Shown here piece after piece: positions 38,618 through 51,262 of a DNA stretch of 64,000 nucleotides. The position numbers and the translations under genes were made by a program. The DNA lies in NCBI RefSeq assembly GCF_006345805.1, contig NC_043010.1, positions 68,014,001 through 68,078,000 of the forward strand, read 5' to 3'. Each line of letters begins with the position of its first letter. The first letter of the stretch is position 1. Under the pieces are notes generated by a model that was not told the origin of the DNA, ran no database searches, and saw only the letters and a program-made list of their open reading frames with translations. This DNA is from Octopus sinensis. Its lineage: Eukaryota.

Positions 38618-38686
<69 letters not shown>

Positions 38687-38904
38687 CTCTCTTTGTGATA
38701 GCTTGATCTGCTAATGTTAGTAATCAAATAATTTCCCTCATCAAACGCTACTTTTTCAAAATTATTATTTTCCGAAAAGGAAGCTTGTCATTCATTATAT
38801 GTATAATGTAGTGCAGAGTACACTATGCTTAGAAAAATAGAATGACCAGATGGTCATGGCTGGAAGGCTTTTGATCATGTGTTTTGGAACTAAACTGTAA
38901 TAGG

Positions 38905-39112
38905 GAAAGACCCCCTTTGGTCATGAATGACCATGGGATTGCACCTAGAAAGTTCCCCTTTGAGGCACAAGTCCAGGCAAGATTGTTTATAGAAGACCAG
39001 CAATTGCCCATACATACCAATCTCTCCTCTCCATGCCACTGATGTTGTCCAAGGGAAAGGCAAAGGCTGATACTGCTTGGTACTAATGACGCTGCAACTC
39101 ATTTCTACAGCT
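38905..39112 (+). mobile_element. SINE-like repeat family E fused to a SINE A head fragment
   Basis: 'ggtcatgaatgaccatgggattgcacctagaaagtt...gcaactcatttctacagct' followed directly by 'cacaaggctttggtcagc'. Confidence 0.8.
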
Positions 39113-39614
39113 CACAAGGCTTTGGTCAGCCCAAGGCTATAGCTGAAGACACTTGTCCAAGGTGCCACGCAGTGGGACTGAACCCAGAACCATGTGGTTG
39201 GTAAGCAAGCTACTTACCACACAGCCACTCCTGCGCCTATATATATGTAAGGTAATTTTATTGTGGATTGTTGATATTAATACTTCAAAGTATTAATAAC
39301 CCTGACCTTTGTACTAATTGTCTAGCTTTCAAAAATAGCTCCATTCAACAGTTTGATTACTGTGCATCATCTGGTATATTTTGCATATATAAATTCTTTG
39401 TGTTTTTTTTTTTCTTTTGGGTATTTTTTTTTTGGAAACAACACAAACATTATTTTGGATCCAAGAACCTTTTCTCATGGCTGGATAAGAGCCACAAGGC
39501 AGTCAAAGTTTGGAATTAGGATTTTCCAAGCAGATGAGCTCCATTTACTGATTTGCTAATCAACTCATAGCTAGAACCTTGATAGGTGCTACATATTCTG
39601 AGTCAGAATAAACC

Positions 39615-39848
39615 TATTTCTTTACTACCCACAAGGGGCTACACACAGAGAGGACAAACAAGGACAGACAAACAGATTAAGTCGATTATATCGACCCCAG
39701 TGCGTAACTGGTACTTATTTACTCGACCTCGAAAGGATGAAAGGCAAAGTTGACCTCGGCGGAATTTGAACTCAGAACATAGCGGCAGACAAAATGCCAC
39801 TGAGCATTTCTCCTAGCGTGCTAACATTTCTGCCAGTTTGCCGCCTTT
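39615..39848 (-). mobile_element. SINE B, long-tail form
   Basis: Complete reverse copy from 'cctatttctttactaccc' to 'ttctgccagtttgccgcc'. Confidence 0.88.
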
Positions 39849-40046
39849 AAATAATGTTTTGTATAGACCTGCGAACAATTGTGGCTAAGAGGTGGTTCTC
39901 AAAACCCTGGAACTCCTGAACTACTCCCTGTGGAAAATCAAGTGTTGGGGTTCCTGAGGCAGTTTGATCTTGTCCACAACTTTGATCTGGCAACTTCTGT
40001 GAAGATGCTGATACCAAATTGTAATGGCCATGTCGTTCCTTTAGAT

Positions 40047-40265
40047 CAGTGATTTTCAAATTTTTTGCTGGAGCGGAACCCCAAGGAAACATTCCACTGG
40101 CTCGAGGAACCCCTGCGCAATAATTTAATAGTCTTATGTACACATATCTGCACAGGAGAATTAAAAACTACTGCCGATTTTAGCAGTTTTGTAACTTCTT
40201 GCGGAACCCCTGGACTGTACTGGCGGAACCCTATGGTTCCGCGGAACCCTGGTTGAAAACCACTG
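40047..40265. mobile_element. hAT-superfamily MITE, 219 bp
   Basis: TIRs CAGTGATTTTCAA / TTGAAAACCACTG (12/13) and a perfect 8-bp TSD CTTTAGAT at 40039-40046 and 40266-40273. Confidence 0.92.
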
Positions 40266-42832
40266 CTTTAGATCTATAAAGAGGGAGACACTCTGCATGG
40301 ACAGCAACCTGTCCTCTTCTCCAAGCTGTCCAGGCTTGGATCCTATTTAACACCCTATACTGGAGAGACAGCCACACTTGTAGGTGCAGACAACTAAGGC
40401 CTTCGTCCTTGGTCATTAATGAAAAGTTAGCTGCATTAACTGTTTGTCTCTTCTTGGAAGGATGAAAAGTAAAGTTTACCTGGACAAAAGTTGAATTAGA
40501 GCTGGGGGAAAAATACTGTAAAGGGGAAAAAATACTGTAAAGCATTTTTTCCAAATCTCTTAATGATTTTTTCCTGCCTGTTTGGAATGATTTCTAGCCA
40601 CAAGACCCACACGTTTGGAAGGCGGGTGTATAGACAATTATATATTGGCATCAGGATTTGACCTGGCAGTTTGTCTGGCATTCTGCTGAATCTCAATGGG
40701 ACTCTGTCCCAGTAATAATAATGCTGTCTCACTCTCTCTTTTATTGCAAAATGAAAGGTCAAAAAGTAAACAGAGATGATGACAACAGTTGAACTCTGAC
40801 CTTCAACTTGTTCTCTGCAATTAAATCATTCACTGAGGCTTTTTTTTTTTTTTGAATCTTTTATTATTATTGAAGCAGCAAGCTGGTGGAATCCATGCTG
40901 GGCGAAATGCTTAGTAGTATTTGGTCTGTCTTCATTTTCTGAGTTCAAATGCCGGTGGGGTTGACTTTGCCTTTCATTAACTACCAGTTACGTAGTAGGG
41001 TCAATATAATCGACTGCCCCCCCCCCCACAGTTCATGTCTCTAATGGGCTGATTACATTACAAGGATCCCTCAGGACTATACATCTTACTATCTTCAACA
41101 TAATGCTTTCAAAGAATGGGCTCAATCTATTGAATGACCAAGTCTCTGTCTCAAGGATGTACTGAAGAGAGAGCTGGCAGAATTTGGTATCAGACTTTAC
41201 ACATGGACAGAAATAACCTACACCTGAGCTTACGTGATGCGGCTCTCCACCTCCCAGGATGTTAGTGAACAATACAAAGAACTTTGAAGCCTTGAGGTGA
41301 TGATGAAACAGTCACATGTGCTGGCTCTTCTTGATCAATGCTGTAGCTGTTGTTTTGTTGGAAGTGACAGATGTCTGTCATGCATTTTTATATTGGACAG
41401 AATTTCAGATACAGGAAGACATGAGTAGAGAAGGTGTTCATACCCTTTGCAAGGATATTAGCACAGTGAGTAGAGTTGCATCTACCAAAAATTGAAACCG
41501 GATTGCATTCTTCACTCATCAGGAGCTAGGGATGTAAAGTAAATACCACAAGGCTTCTGACTGGTATGGATGAATGAAATTGAATAGAAAAGATTCCTAA
41601 CAAAGCTACAAGGTTAGATATTTATGCAGAGAGGTGTTGTCAGTTTTATCTACCCCAGTATATGAGTGCAGGTCACTTCATCAGGTCTTGAAGGATGGAA
41701 AACTTTCAAGCTTGGTGTTACTTGGACTCGGAATAATGTTGATAGATTTTATCAGCATTTGAAGACTAGAAGCACTCACCCTTGTGGGGTTTTAACATAG
41801 AATGGTGTTACTCTACTTGGGCGTCTGTAGTCTATGCTGCGAAATGAACTGAGCTGGGTTAGCTTAGCATTTAAGGTTCAGTTTTAGGGTTAAGGTTAGA
41901 TTACATGCTAAAGTGTAAATGGCTTGGTAGATTGAATGCTAAAGTGGCACCCTCAGAGCAATGCTGAGGGATTTTCTTGACCCTGGAGGGTACCCTTGGT
42001 GTATTTGAATTCAGAACGATGTTGAGGGAAGTGACTAAACACCACATGGAATCCAGCTGGTACTATCTGGTATTTCTTCAAATGGACTCCCTCTGAGAGA
42101 GTGAAATGTAAATCTAAGCCTGATGGGATTTTGGTTGCTGTAAGTGATCACAGTGATGATGATGTTGATGAAGATGATTCAATATCAATTAAGCTTAGAA
42201 TTACTCATTCACTGAAGGAGGGGTGAGGAGGATAGCATTACTCCATTCAAATGGTTTATTCATATGGATATGTGTGTGGTGGCTGCTGCTGTTGTTAGCC
42301 GAAAGAGCAAGGGAGAAGAGGAGGAGCAGGAGGAGAGGAAGTCCGAAATCCGTTTGAGTGTTATGTACAGAAAGAAAGGTGATATGGGTGTTGGGTGGTG
42401 GTTAGTAATGTTTCAGCCATTTTCCCTCCTTGAAGGAGAGAATTTACGGAAATGGGAACTGTGTGGGTTTTACTGTCAAAGTAGAGAAATTTGTTAGTGT
42501 CCCTCAACCAGGATCAGTATAACCCCTAGAAGTTGACTTTGCCTTTCATCCTTTCAGGGGTCGATTAAATAAGTACCAGTTACACACTGGGGTTGATATA
42601 ATCAACTTAATCCGTTTGTCTGTCCTTATTTGTCTTCTGTGTGCAGCCCCTTGTGGGCAGTAAAGAAATAAGAAATAAGATTTTTGGGGGTCCACACTGG
42701 CAAAATAGCAAATTGGGGATCCACTGTATTATTTTAAGGGTCCTTTAAAAAAAAAAAAATTTGGGGTTTCTTTCTCTAATGTTTTACATAGTTCAACATG
42801 CTTCCAGGCACTGAAACATTCTCTTAGAGTTT

Positions 42833-43008
42833 ATTATTGCAAACCCAGTCTGTTTTGGTGGACCCAAAATAGGGTGCTGCCTACCCTAGAGTGTGTTATT
42901 GCAAACCTAGTCTGTTTTGGTGGACCCAAAATAGGGTGCTGCCTACCCTAGAGTGTGTTATTGCAAACCTAGTCTGTTTTGGTGGACCCAAAATAGGGTG
43001 CTGCCTAC
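42833..43008. repeat. 62-bp tandem repeat, three units
   Basis: 'gcaaac' anchors at 42839, 42901, 42963. Confidence 0.92.
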
Positions 43009-45330
43009 TCTCTCTATTCCTTTTGTCTTTCTGCTTTTTGCTTTCTACTTCCTGGCTCTTCTCTCTCCCTCCTTTCTATATCTGCTTTCATTTTATTTTT
43101 CCACCCTTCTTCATCTAGGGTTTCCCTTCTACCACTTGCACACCATCTTACAAGCACATTTTTGGTTTGGCGCATTAAGCACATATGGTTTAGCACTTTG
43201 TGTATAGGAAGTGTGCACGTGCGCACACACACACACACACACACACTAGTGTGAACATTCACATGCACGTACTACACGCATACACACCACACATTCTACA
43301 TGCATTCAGATATATCACATACTGGGTGTACATATGTGCACACTATACACATACATACACACCCACAAACATATAATGCACATACATCATGCATACACAA
43401 ATATATCACATAGTGGGTGATATATTGTGGATGTATACATGCATGTGTATAACCACACACACACACACACACGTTTGCATTAATGATTGTGTATAAGCCC
43501 CACACTTTTTGTAAAGTCCCCCCCCCCCGGTAGGGTTGGGGCGGGGCGCTCATTCATACCCCTCCCTTTTTCTCCTGATTTCCCTACTCTCTCTCTCTCT
43601 GTTTCTCCGTTCCTGTCTTTCTCCCACCTTTAGCCCTCTTTGAAGCTCTCTCCTTAATACATATCCTTCCTGCCTTCCTTCCTTTTTCCACCCCCCCCCC
43701 GTTTTCATCGGCTCTATTTCCTTCCGTTGCTGCTGCTGCTGGCCTTTTTTACCATCACCCCTAGGTTTGTCTCCACTGCCACCACTGTCCAATTGTCCTG
43801 CAAGTCAAGGCTGACAAAGAACCTTTACATAGTTGCTGGACCTGCTGAAGATAGTAGCCGAATCTCACTCAAGTCACCTACCAAAAAAAAATGACAGGAT
43901 GGTTATGGTTGGAAGGCTTTTTTTAAAATCATTTATTATTTTTTTTAATCATTTATGTCTGCTCCATCATAGTTCACCCTAGGGGTGGGGAACTACACAG
44001 CAACAATAGCAACAAACATATCACAACTTTTTAGGTCAGTTTCACCATTCCAGATAACCAGGTAATTAATATCCGGAGCAGATGTAAAAAAAAAATCTTA
44101 AAAATATGGCCCTAAATTTAACCCTGGATTACCACAGAATTTTGTAATTCATCCCAGCCAAGTGACCACCACCACTACCACAATGACAACATCATAAATC
44201 AGTGCCAGCCTATTTCCAAACCATCACAAACCTTACTATTTTTTATTGAAGGAACTAAACCAATTATAATGTCTGGTTTGCAGCCCACTCCCTAATGCCC
44301 TTCTTCCTTCCATCCCTGTTGCCTCTATTGTATGACCTAATTCTTTTTTTCCCCCCTTGTTCCTTATCATTTCTATCTTTAGTCTCCCCTAGCTTAACCT
44401 TAGCCCCCTGAAAGAGGAATAACATATCTGATTCTGAATAATGTTTTCTAATATAGATAAGAGCAAAGGCTACAAAATTTCTGAGCAAGGGACAAGGGGA
44501 CAGTTGGTTATATCAGACTTCAGAGCTCTGCTGGTTCTTGATTTCTTTTATCTACTCCCTGGGGAGGTGAGGGGCCAACTCTGGGATCTCAACAGGATTT
44601 GAACACACTCACTCACACACACACCACATTCTCTCTCTCTTTCACACTCTCTCTCTTACATTCTCTCTCTCTCTCACACTCTCTCTTTCTCGCTCTCTCG
44701 CACTCTCTCTCGCACACACTCACATTCTCTCACTCACACTCGCTCTCTCTCACACATACTCGCGCTCTTTCTCTCACACATACACTCGCGCTCTTTCTCT
44801 CACACACATACACTTACGCACTGTCTCACGCTCGCTCACTCACTCACTCACGAGTACAACTTTTTGAAGGAGAGTATAGGTTGATTATATTGATCCGCAG
44901 TATTTCACTGGTCCGTCATCTTACCGATTTTCGAAGTAAAGTTTATCTTGGCAGCATCTAAACCAAACACGGGCAATTGTTTTCGAGAAGTGTGTCACGG
45001 AGACATAACCCTTTCATCAGGTGGGCTGTACTATTAAAAACAAAAAACGGAAGGTAAAGTTTATCTTGGCAGCATTTGAAGGGACGGTATAGGTCAATTA
45101 TATCAAACCAGTATTTGACTGGTACATTTACTGACTCTAGAAGAATTGAAAGTCTGCCCCACGCGGCTGGTTATCATTTCTAACGTTCTAACGTTTCTGT
45201 GGAGAGTGGGAGTGCGTGCAATTAATTTAATTAAACTTACAGTATTTGATTGGTTAGTCTTAATTGAGTAGACCTATTCTGGAAGGCATCCCAGTTGTGT
45301 CCAATGTGTCCTGCCCATTTTAAAGTGGTT

Positions 45331-45700
45331 CTCTTTTACTTGTTTCAGTCATTTGACTCCGGGCATACTGGAGCACCGCCTTTAGTCGAGCAAATCGACC
45401 CCGGGACTTATTTTTTGTAAGCCTAGTACTCATTCTATCGGTCTCTTTTGCCGAACCGCTAAGTTACAGGGACGTAAACACACCAGCATCGGTTGTCAAA
45501 CGATGTTGGGGACACAAACACAGACACACAAACATATACACACACACACGACGGGCTTCTTTCAGTTTCCGTCTACCAAATCCACTCACAAGGCTTTGGT
45601 CGGCCCGAGGCTATAGTAGAAGACACTTGCCCAAGATGCCACGCACTGGGACTGAACCGGGAACCATGTGGTTGGTAAGCAAGCTACCTACCACACAGCC
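45331..45700 (-). mobile_element. SINE A, full length
   Basis: Complete reverse copy with CpGs retained. Confidence 0.9.
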
Positions 45701-46447
45701 TGAAGATACTTCGGTAGCTATTTCTAGCAGGCTGATTGATCGTGTAGGTACTCTCTCAGGAGCTTGATAATCTCTCAGAAACCCCCCAATGCAAGCTGAA
45801 AGGTAATCTCTCTCCCTGTCTATTAGGCCCTCATCTCCCTTCTCATTGGTCAAGGGTCTTCTACTATACCCTTGGGCCAACCAGTATCGTGTGATTGAAT
45901 TTGGTTCGCGGAAACCAAGCCCTTCGCACGCACGCGCCTATGCGCACCGCACCCGCATGGACACCCTTTCTACGTATAGGCACATGGCATGAAATTTTGG
46001 GTGAGTGGGCGAGTCAATTTCATCGACTTCAGTACTTGATTGACACTCATTTTATCGACCCCGAAAGGATGAAAGACAAAGTTGACATCAGCGGCATTTG
46101 AACTCAGAATGTAAAGCCTGACAACTGGTGTTAGTTTTACATTCCCGTAACGAAGCGGTTAGGCAAAAGAAACCGATAGAATAAGTATCAGGCTATAAGA
46201 AAAAAAACCCCAAAAAACCTCATAAGTATTGCGGTCGATTTGTTCTCTTAAAGCCCTTCGAGATAACGTAATTAGCCCCTTGTGGGTAGTAAAGAAATAG
46301 AGGTAACGTTCCAGCATGGTTGCTGTCTTATGACTGAAACATATAAAGGACATCTGTTTCTTTCGACACCTCACCACATTATTTTTCCCACTACAAACCT
46401 ATTCTCCATCTTTCTCTCATCTCACTTACACTATCTCCTTTTCATAT

Positions 46448-46778
46448 TCCCCCCGTCTCTGCTTCTTCTGAGAAGTCCGAAACGTGGTCCTTTGCTATTC
46501 GTAAGACCCGCAGAAGAGGAAGCATCGACGGATGGATGAATGCGCATCCAGGCTCAGCGGTTGCGTAGGAAGTCGGAGACAAGAAACAGGAAGAAAGAGT
46601 GAGAGAAAGTTGGAGCGAAAGAGTACAACAGGGGTCGTCACCACCCTGTGCCGGAGCCTCGTGGAGCTTTAGGTGTTTTCGCTCAATAAACACACACACA
46701 ACACCCGGTCTGGGAATCGAAACCGCGATCCTCCGACCCTGAGTTCGCTGCCCTAACCACTGGGCCATTGCGCCTCCA
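46448..46778 (-). mobile_element. SINE family C, tail variant 2
   Basis: Same head and centre as 15583-15901 up to 'ctctttcttcctgtttctt', then unrelated sequence. Distal boundary uncertain. Confidence 0.8.
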
Positions 46779-47238
46779 CTGCTGCTTCTGTAGCAAAACG
46801 TCAGAGATCATTACAAAGTTGAAACAAATGCACCATTATTTTTGTTATTCTTACATGTGTACCCTTACATATGGCTGGCTTTGCTCTCTATTGAGGCCTA
46901 TCCTCCACTTGTATTATTGTACTCAATATCACACTCATCAACCTTCTCGTAATTGATATACCCTCTATTTCCACTTCCCATAATGTGTGCTCCATTGTTT
47001 GAGCACACCCTGTTTCGCAACCGTCTGCTATCCACCCCCAATCGCCCTTTTATTCTTAGTCTCCACTCCTACACTCCTCTCCTTCAAAAGGAACGAAAAT
47101 CTCTGTGACCTTCTTCTCAGTATTTTCCTCATCTCCAAACACACTTAACCCAGTTCTTCCAAGTGTTACATTATCTCGTTGCTTTCTTGGTCGCCTTCAT
47201 CTTCTGTGCAGCCACTACTGTAGGCTCTGAGTCTGAAG

Positions 47239-47494
47239 CAGTGGTTCCCAAAGTCAGCGGTACTGCCATCCTGGGGGTGATGGAAAGATTGGGTGGGGGC
47301 CATTGAAGAAAAGTGGGGTGATAATGGGGTGGCCAAAACTACAAAATATTGGGTTAAGTTTTATTTGTGAAATAGTTTTGAATTTGTTACAGAAAGTGGT
47401 CTATGGTTGTGGTGGTGAATGGGGGGGGGGGTGTACTAAGAATGTGGCCTGAGTGCCAAGTGGGTAGCAGCCCGAAAATGTTTGGGAATCACTG
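47239..47494. mobile_element. hAT-superfamily MITE, 256 bp
   Basis: TIRs CAGTGGTTCCCAAA / TTTGGGAATCACTG; TSD GTCTGAAG / GTCTAAAG (7/8). Confidence 0.88.
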
Positions 47495-47502
47495 GTCTAA
47501 AG

Positions 47503-47656
47503 CTATCATGGACAACCTGCGGCCCGTGGGACTTTATGAGTGGCACACTTAACAAAAAATTACCTTTATTTTTTTTCCATTTTAGCACTGTGACTCGTTT
47601 GATGATGAAACGTGCCTCATGCGGCCCGCATTCCGAAAAAGTTTGTCCAAGTCCAG
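47503..47656. mobile_element. Probable second hAT-type MITE, degraded
   Basis: 'tggacaacctgcggcccg ... gcggcccgc...gtttgtcca' ends; TSD not convincing. Confidence 0.45.
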
Positions 47657-48779
47657 TCTGGAATCAGCGTGATTAATCGGACTAAAATCCTTGTGAATGG
47701 ATTTGGTAGACGGAAACCGAAAGAAGCCCGTAGTCTGTGTGTGTGTGTGTGTGTGTCGTTGTGCCCGTGTTTATTTCCTACCACCGCTTAACAACCGGTA
47801 TGGTTTGTTTACGTCCCTGTAACTTAGCGGTTCAGTAACAAGAGACCAGTAGAATAAGTACCGGCCATATCACGTTGAAAGCACCGGTTCTTGTCCGATC
47901 ACTTTGCCTTTCATCCTTTCGGGGTCGATAAATTAAGTACCAGTTACGCACTGGTGTCGATGTAATCGACTTAATGTCCTTGTTTGTTCCCTCTATGTTT
48001 AGCCCCTTGTGGACAATAAAGAAATAAGAATAAGTACCAGGTTTTAAAAACCAAAACTAAGTGTTGGGGTCGGTTCATTCAACTAAAATGTTCTTAAAGG
48101 CGGTGCCCCAGCATGGTCACAGTCTAGTGACTGAAACAGATAAAAAAAAAAAGAAAGAATATGGATGCAGTCTTTTGTGTCTCTTCTCATTGTAATAAAG
48201 CGGTGCGTGAGGGAACCAAAATATTTTCTTTTGTCAGTGGTGAAGTGAGTGAGGCTTGGCTTACTATTTGTCTGTACTTTTGTCTTCGTACACGCCTAAA
48301 CTTTCTGTTTGTCACTTCCTTTCTCCGTCCTCATCCCGTTCACTCTTCTCACCCGTAAATTCCTTATCCGTGTTTATGTTGTTATAATTAGCTATTTATA
48401 TATGTGGCTTTTAATTGCACATAGCAGCATTTAGTTGTATTTGCCGTGTTTTTTTTTTAATTATTATTTTTTTTTGCAAACACTGCACATAGTACAGTGT
48501 GTGTCACATGTGCAGCACTTCTTCGTGTGAAGAATGTATATAATTGACCTAGTTATAGTTTTGTCTTCATTTTGTTTGCATTGTCACAACACATAGGGCT
48601 GTGTGCGTGCGCAAGGAAACTTGTTTCTCAACCACGCGGTCTTGGGTTCAGTCCTACTGCGTGGCACGTTGGGCAAGTGTATTCTTCCTATAACCCCGGT
48701 TCCACCAAAGGCTTATGAGCGGATTTGGTTGACGAAAACTAAAAGAAGCTCACTGTGTATGTATGTGTGTGTGTGTGTG

Positions 48780-48820
<41 letters not shown>

Positions 48821-48876
48821 GTTATTGGTGAATTGAAGAAATGGAGCTGAACGCAGATTGAACAGAAATCGTTTTA

Positions 48877-48965
48877 TTTCATTCTACACGTGTTTCGAAA
48901 GGCACAAATTACCAAAATCCGATTGAATAATGGGACCATATTGTGTCTTTCTCTTCAGGAAGAAA
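48877..48965 (-). ncRNA. Minimal type I hammerhead ribozyme (mirror copy, left arm)
   Basis: Exact reverse complement of the motif at 49059-49147. Confidence 0.7.
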
Positions 48966-49058
48966 AAAGGAAATCCGCTGGAAAAACAAAAACAGAACAG
49001 AGGCGGAGCAAAAGCAAATCGAACTGTTCTGTTTTTGTTTTTCCAGCGGATTTCCTTT

Positions 49059-49147
49059 TTTCTTCCTGAAGAGAAAGACACAATATGGTCCCATTATTCA
49101 ATCGGATTTTGGTAATTTGTGCCTTTCGAAACACGTGTAGAATGAAA
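49059..49147 (+). ncRNA. Minimal type I hammerhead ribozyme (right arm)
   Basis: CTGAAGA 49066-49072. Stem II GAAAG/CTTTC (49073-77/49123-27) extended by CACAA/TTGTG. GAAA 49128-31. Palindromic stem III ACACGTGT. GUA triplet 49137-39. Stem I TTTCTTC/GAA(T)GAAA, 7 bp with one bulge. Confidence 0.72.
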
Positions 49148-49358
49148 TAAAACGATTTCTGTTCAATCTGCGTTCAGCTCCATTTCTTCAATTCACCAAT
49201 AACGTTTTAATTTCAATTATCCGCACCAACGCACGGTTGCAACGCCAGATGGTTGTACCTCCAACCGTGCTGTTTACTGCTGTGATTTTTGCTACTAAGG
49301 TATCGGTTAAACTTTTGATTAATCTACTACAAGATTATTCATCTTTCTATTTCACATA

Positions 49359-49390
<32 letters not shown>

Positions 49391-50604
49391 TCTGAATCTT
49401 CAGATTTTTTAATATGCTAGGCCACTGGTTTAAATTGATATTAATCAAATTAATATTAAATTTTTCACCCTTATTATTTAAATTATATATATATATATAT
49501 TGTGTGTGTGTGTGTGTGTCTTCCCCACTCCCACCATTGCTTGATGACCGATGTTGGTGTGTTTACGTCCCCATAACTTAGTGGTTTGACAAAAGAGACC
49601 GATGGAATAAGTACTAGGTTTACTAAGAATAAATCCTGGGGGTCGATTTCTTCGACTTAAAAACCCTTTAGGGCGGTGCTTCATCATGGTCGCAGTCAGA
49701 TGACAGAAACAAGTAAAAGAAGAAAAGCGTATATAACCCCAGTCCGACCAAAGCCTCGTAAGTGGATTTGTTAGACGGAAACTGAAAAGAAATCCGTCGC
49801 ACGTGTGTAGTATATCTTGTGTGCAAGATCATATGTACGACTGTTACTGCTGAGTTTAAAGCTCCATCCTGTCTTCGAGTATAGTGCTTAGGTTACTTTT
49901 ATATTAAGTAGTATTACTGGTTATAGGACACAGAGCAAATGTAGGGCAAAAAAAAATGTGATAATCTCCAGTCTGTATCAGTTGTTTCTTGCGTACGTTT
50001 CAACGTTGTGGTTGATTAAAACTATATACATTATTGGGTGTTCCTGCAACTGGATGCTTAACCACTACAGATCATCAAGGAAACACTTTGTTGCATTATG
50101 TTACTGAGATTAAATGACAGATTAAGCACCAGTCAAGTTCTAGGCGTGTCCAGGAAATTCGCCGTTTAGGAAATGAAAATTAGGAATATTCTTCGTATGG
50201 ACAATGATAAAGCGTTTTATATCAGCATTTTTAAAATAAAAGATTTGATATAAGAAACTCTTTATTCAATGTCAAACATTAAAAAAAAAATCGCGATGAG
50301 GTCATTTAAAATGAAACTTATCCAAAGTGTAATTCTTTTTTCAAGGCAATAAGATATGATTTTGAATGTTTGGCTGCCATTTCTAACAGGTCGAAGAACG
50401 ATGTAGAGACTACAATCGTTTTTGTTAAACTGAATATTTCTTTTACATTTAATTAGATCGTGTGCGCAATATGGCTGGCTGCCAGTAAGATGGTTTAGTT
50501 TAATAGCTGCAGTTTCACTGTTATTGTTACTATTATAGTATTTCGATTAATCCTTTCATATCGGCAAATCTATAATACTAATGCGTTAATGATTACACTA
50601 AATG

Positions 50605-50645
<41 letters not shown>

Positions 50646-50992
50646 GGATTTTCAGTTTGTATGGAATGTGTTGTGGATTTAGCCTATACGGTTTTCCATT
50701 TCCCTCACTTGACATTCGGTTGGCCAGATTTTGCGCATGAAGCGATGAGGTAGTCGCTTGGCTTTCTTCAATCTCTTTCTATCATTAATCTACTTTCTAT
50801 CATCACCAATCGGGTAATGTGGCCGGTAGGACTCTCATTTGCATTATTTTTCTCCAGAGCAGAGGGTTCCCGACCATCGGGACACTGACCAGTTGGCACC
50901 TGGCCGCTCAGAAAGAATAACTTTTATTTCTATGTTATTGACTATCACAGTTTGCTGGTTGTTTTTGCATTATATTTGTGTTAAAGAGTAAA

Positions 50993-51262
50993 GATAAAGG
51001 ACCTCCTTTCGGTCATGAATGACCATGGGATTGCACCTGGAAAGTTACCCTCCGAGGCACAAGTCCGGGCAAGTTTGTTTATGGAAGACCAGCAGTTGCC
51101 CATGCACACCAGCCTCCCGTCTCTACACCACCGATGTTATCCAAAGGAAAGGCAAAGGCCGATACAGCTTGGCACCAGTGATATCGCAACTCGTTCCTAC
51201 GGCTGAGGGAACTGGAGCAATGTGAAATAAAGTGTCTTGCTCAAGAACATAACGCACAGAAA
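50993..51262 (+). mobile_element. SINE-like repeat family E, least decayed copy
   Basis: 'gataaaggacctcctttcggtcatgaatgacc...ggaactggagcaatgtgaaataaagtgtcttgctcaagaac'. Confidence 0.85.

Larger units (their letters stand above)
48815..49209. mobile_element. Perfect 186-bp inverted repeat with a 23-nt spacer; Penelope-like inverted pLTR fragment
   Basis: Arms 48815-49000 and 49024-49209 are reverse complements with no mismatch that I could find. Spacer aggcggagcaaaagcaaatcgaa. Each arm contains a hammerhead motif and AATAAA. Confidence 0.85.
48595..49725 (+). mobile_element. SINE A split by a later insertion of about 650 bp into its internal microsatellite
   Basis: Head and CORE-like part at 48595-48780; 3' half resumes after (TA)n(TG)n at about 49510 and ends 'gaaacaagtaaaagaag'. 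Confidence 0.8.

Noticed and set aside
41033-41272. ORF with ILETETWS...FFESIML..., faintly like RTE ORF2
   Set aside because: Similarity is too weak to call by eye; it needs TBLASTN or a profile HMM search.
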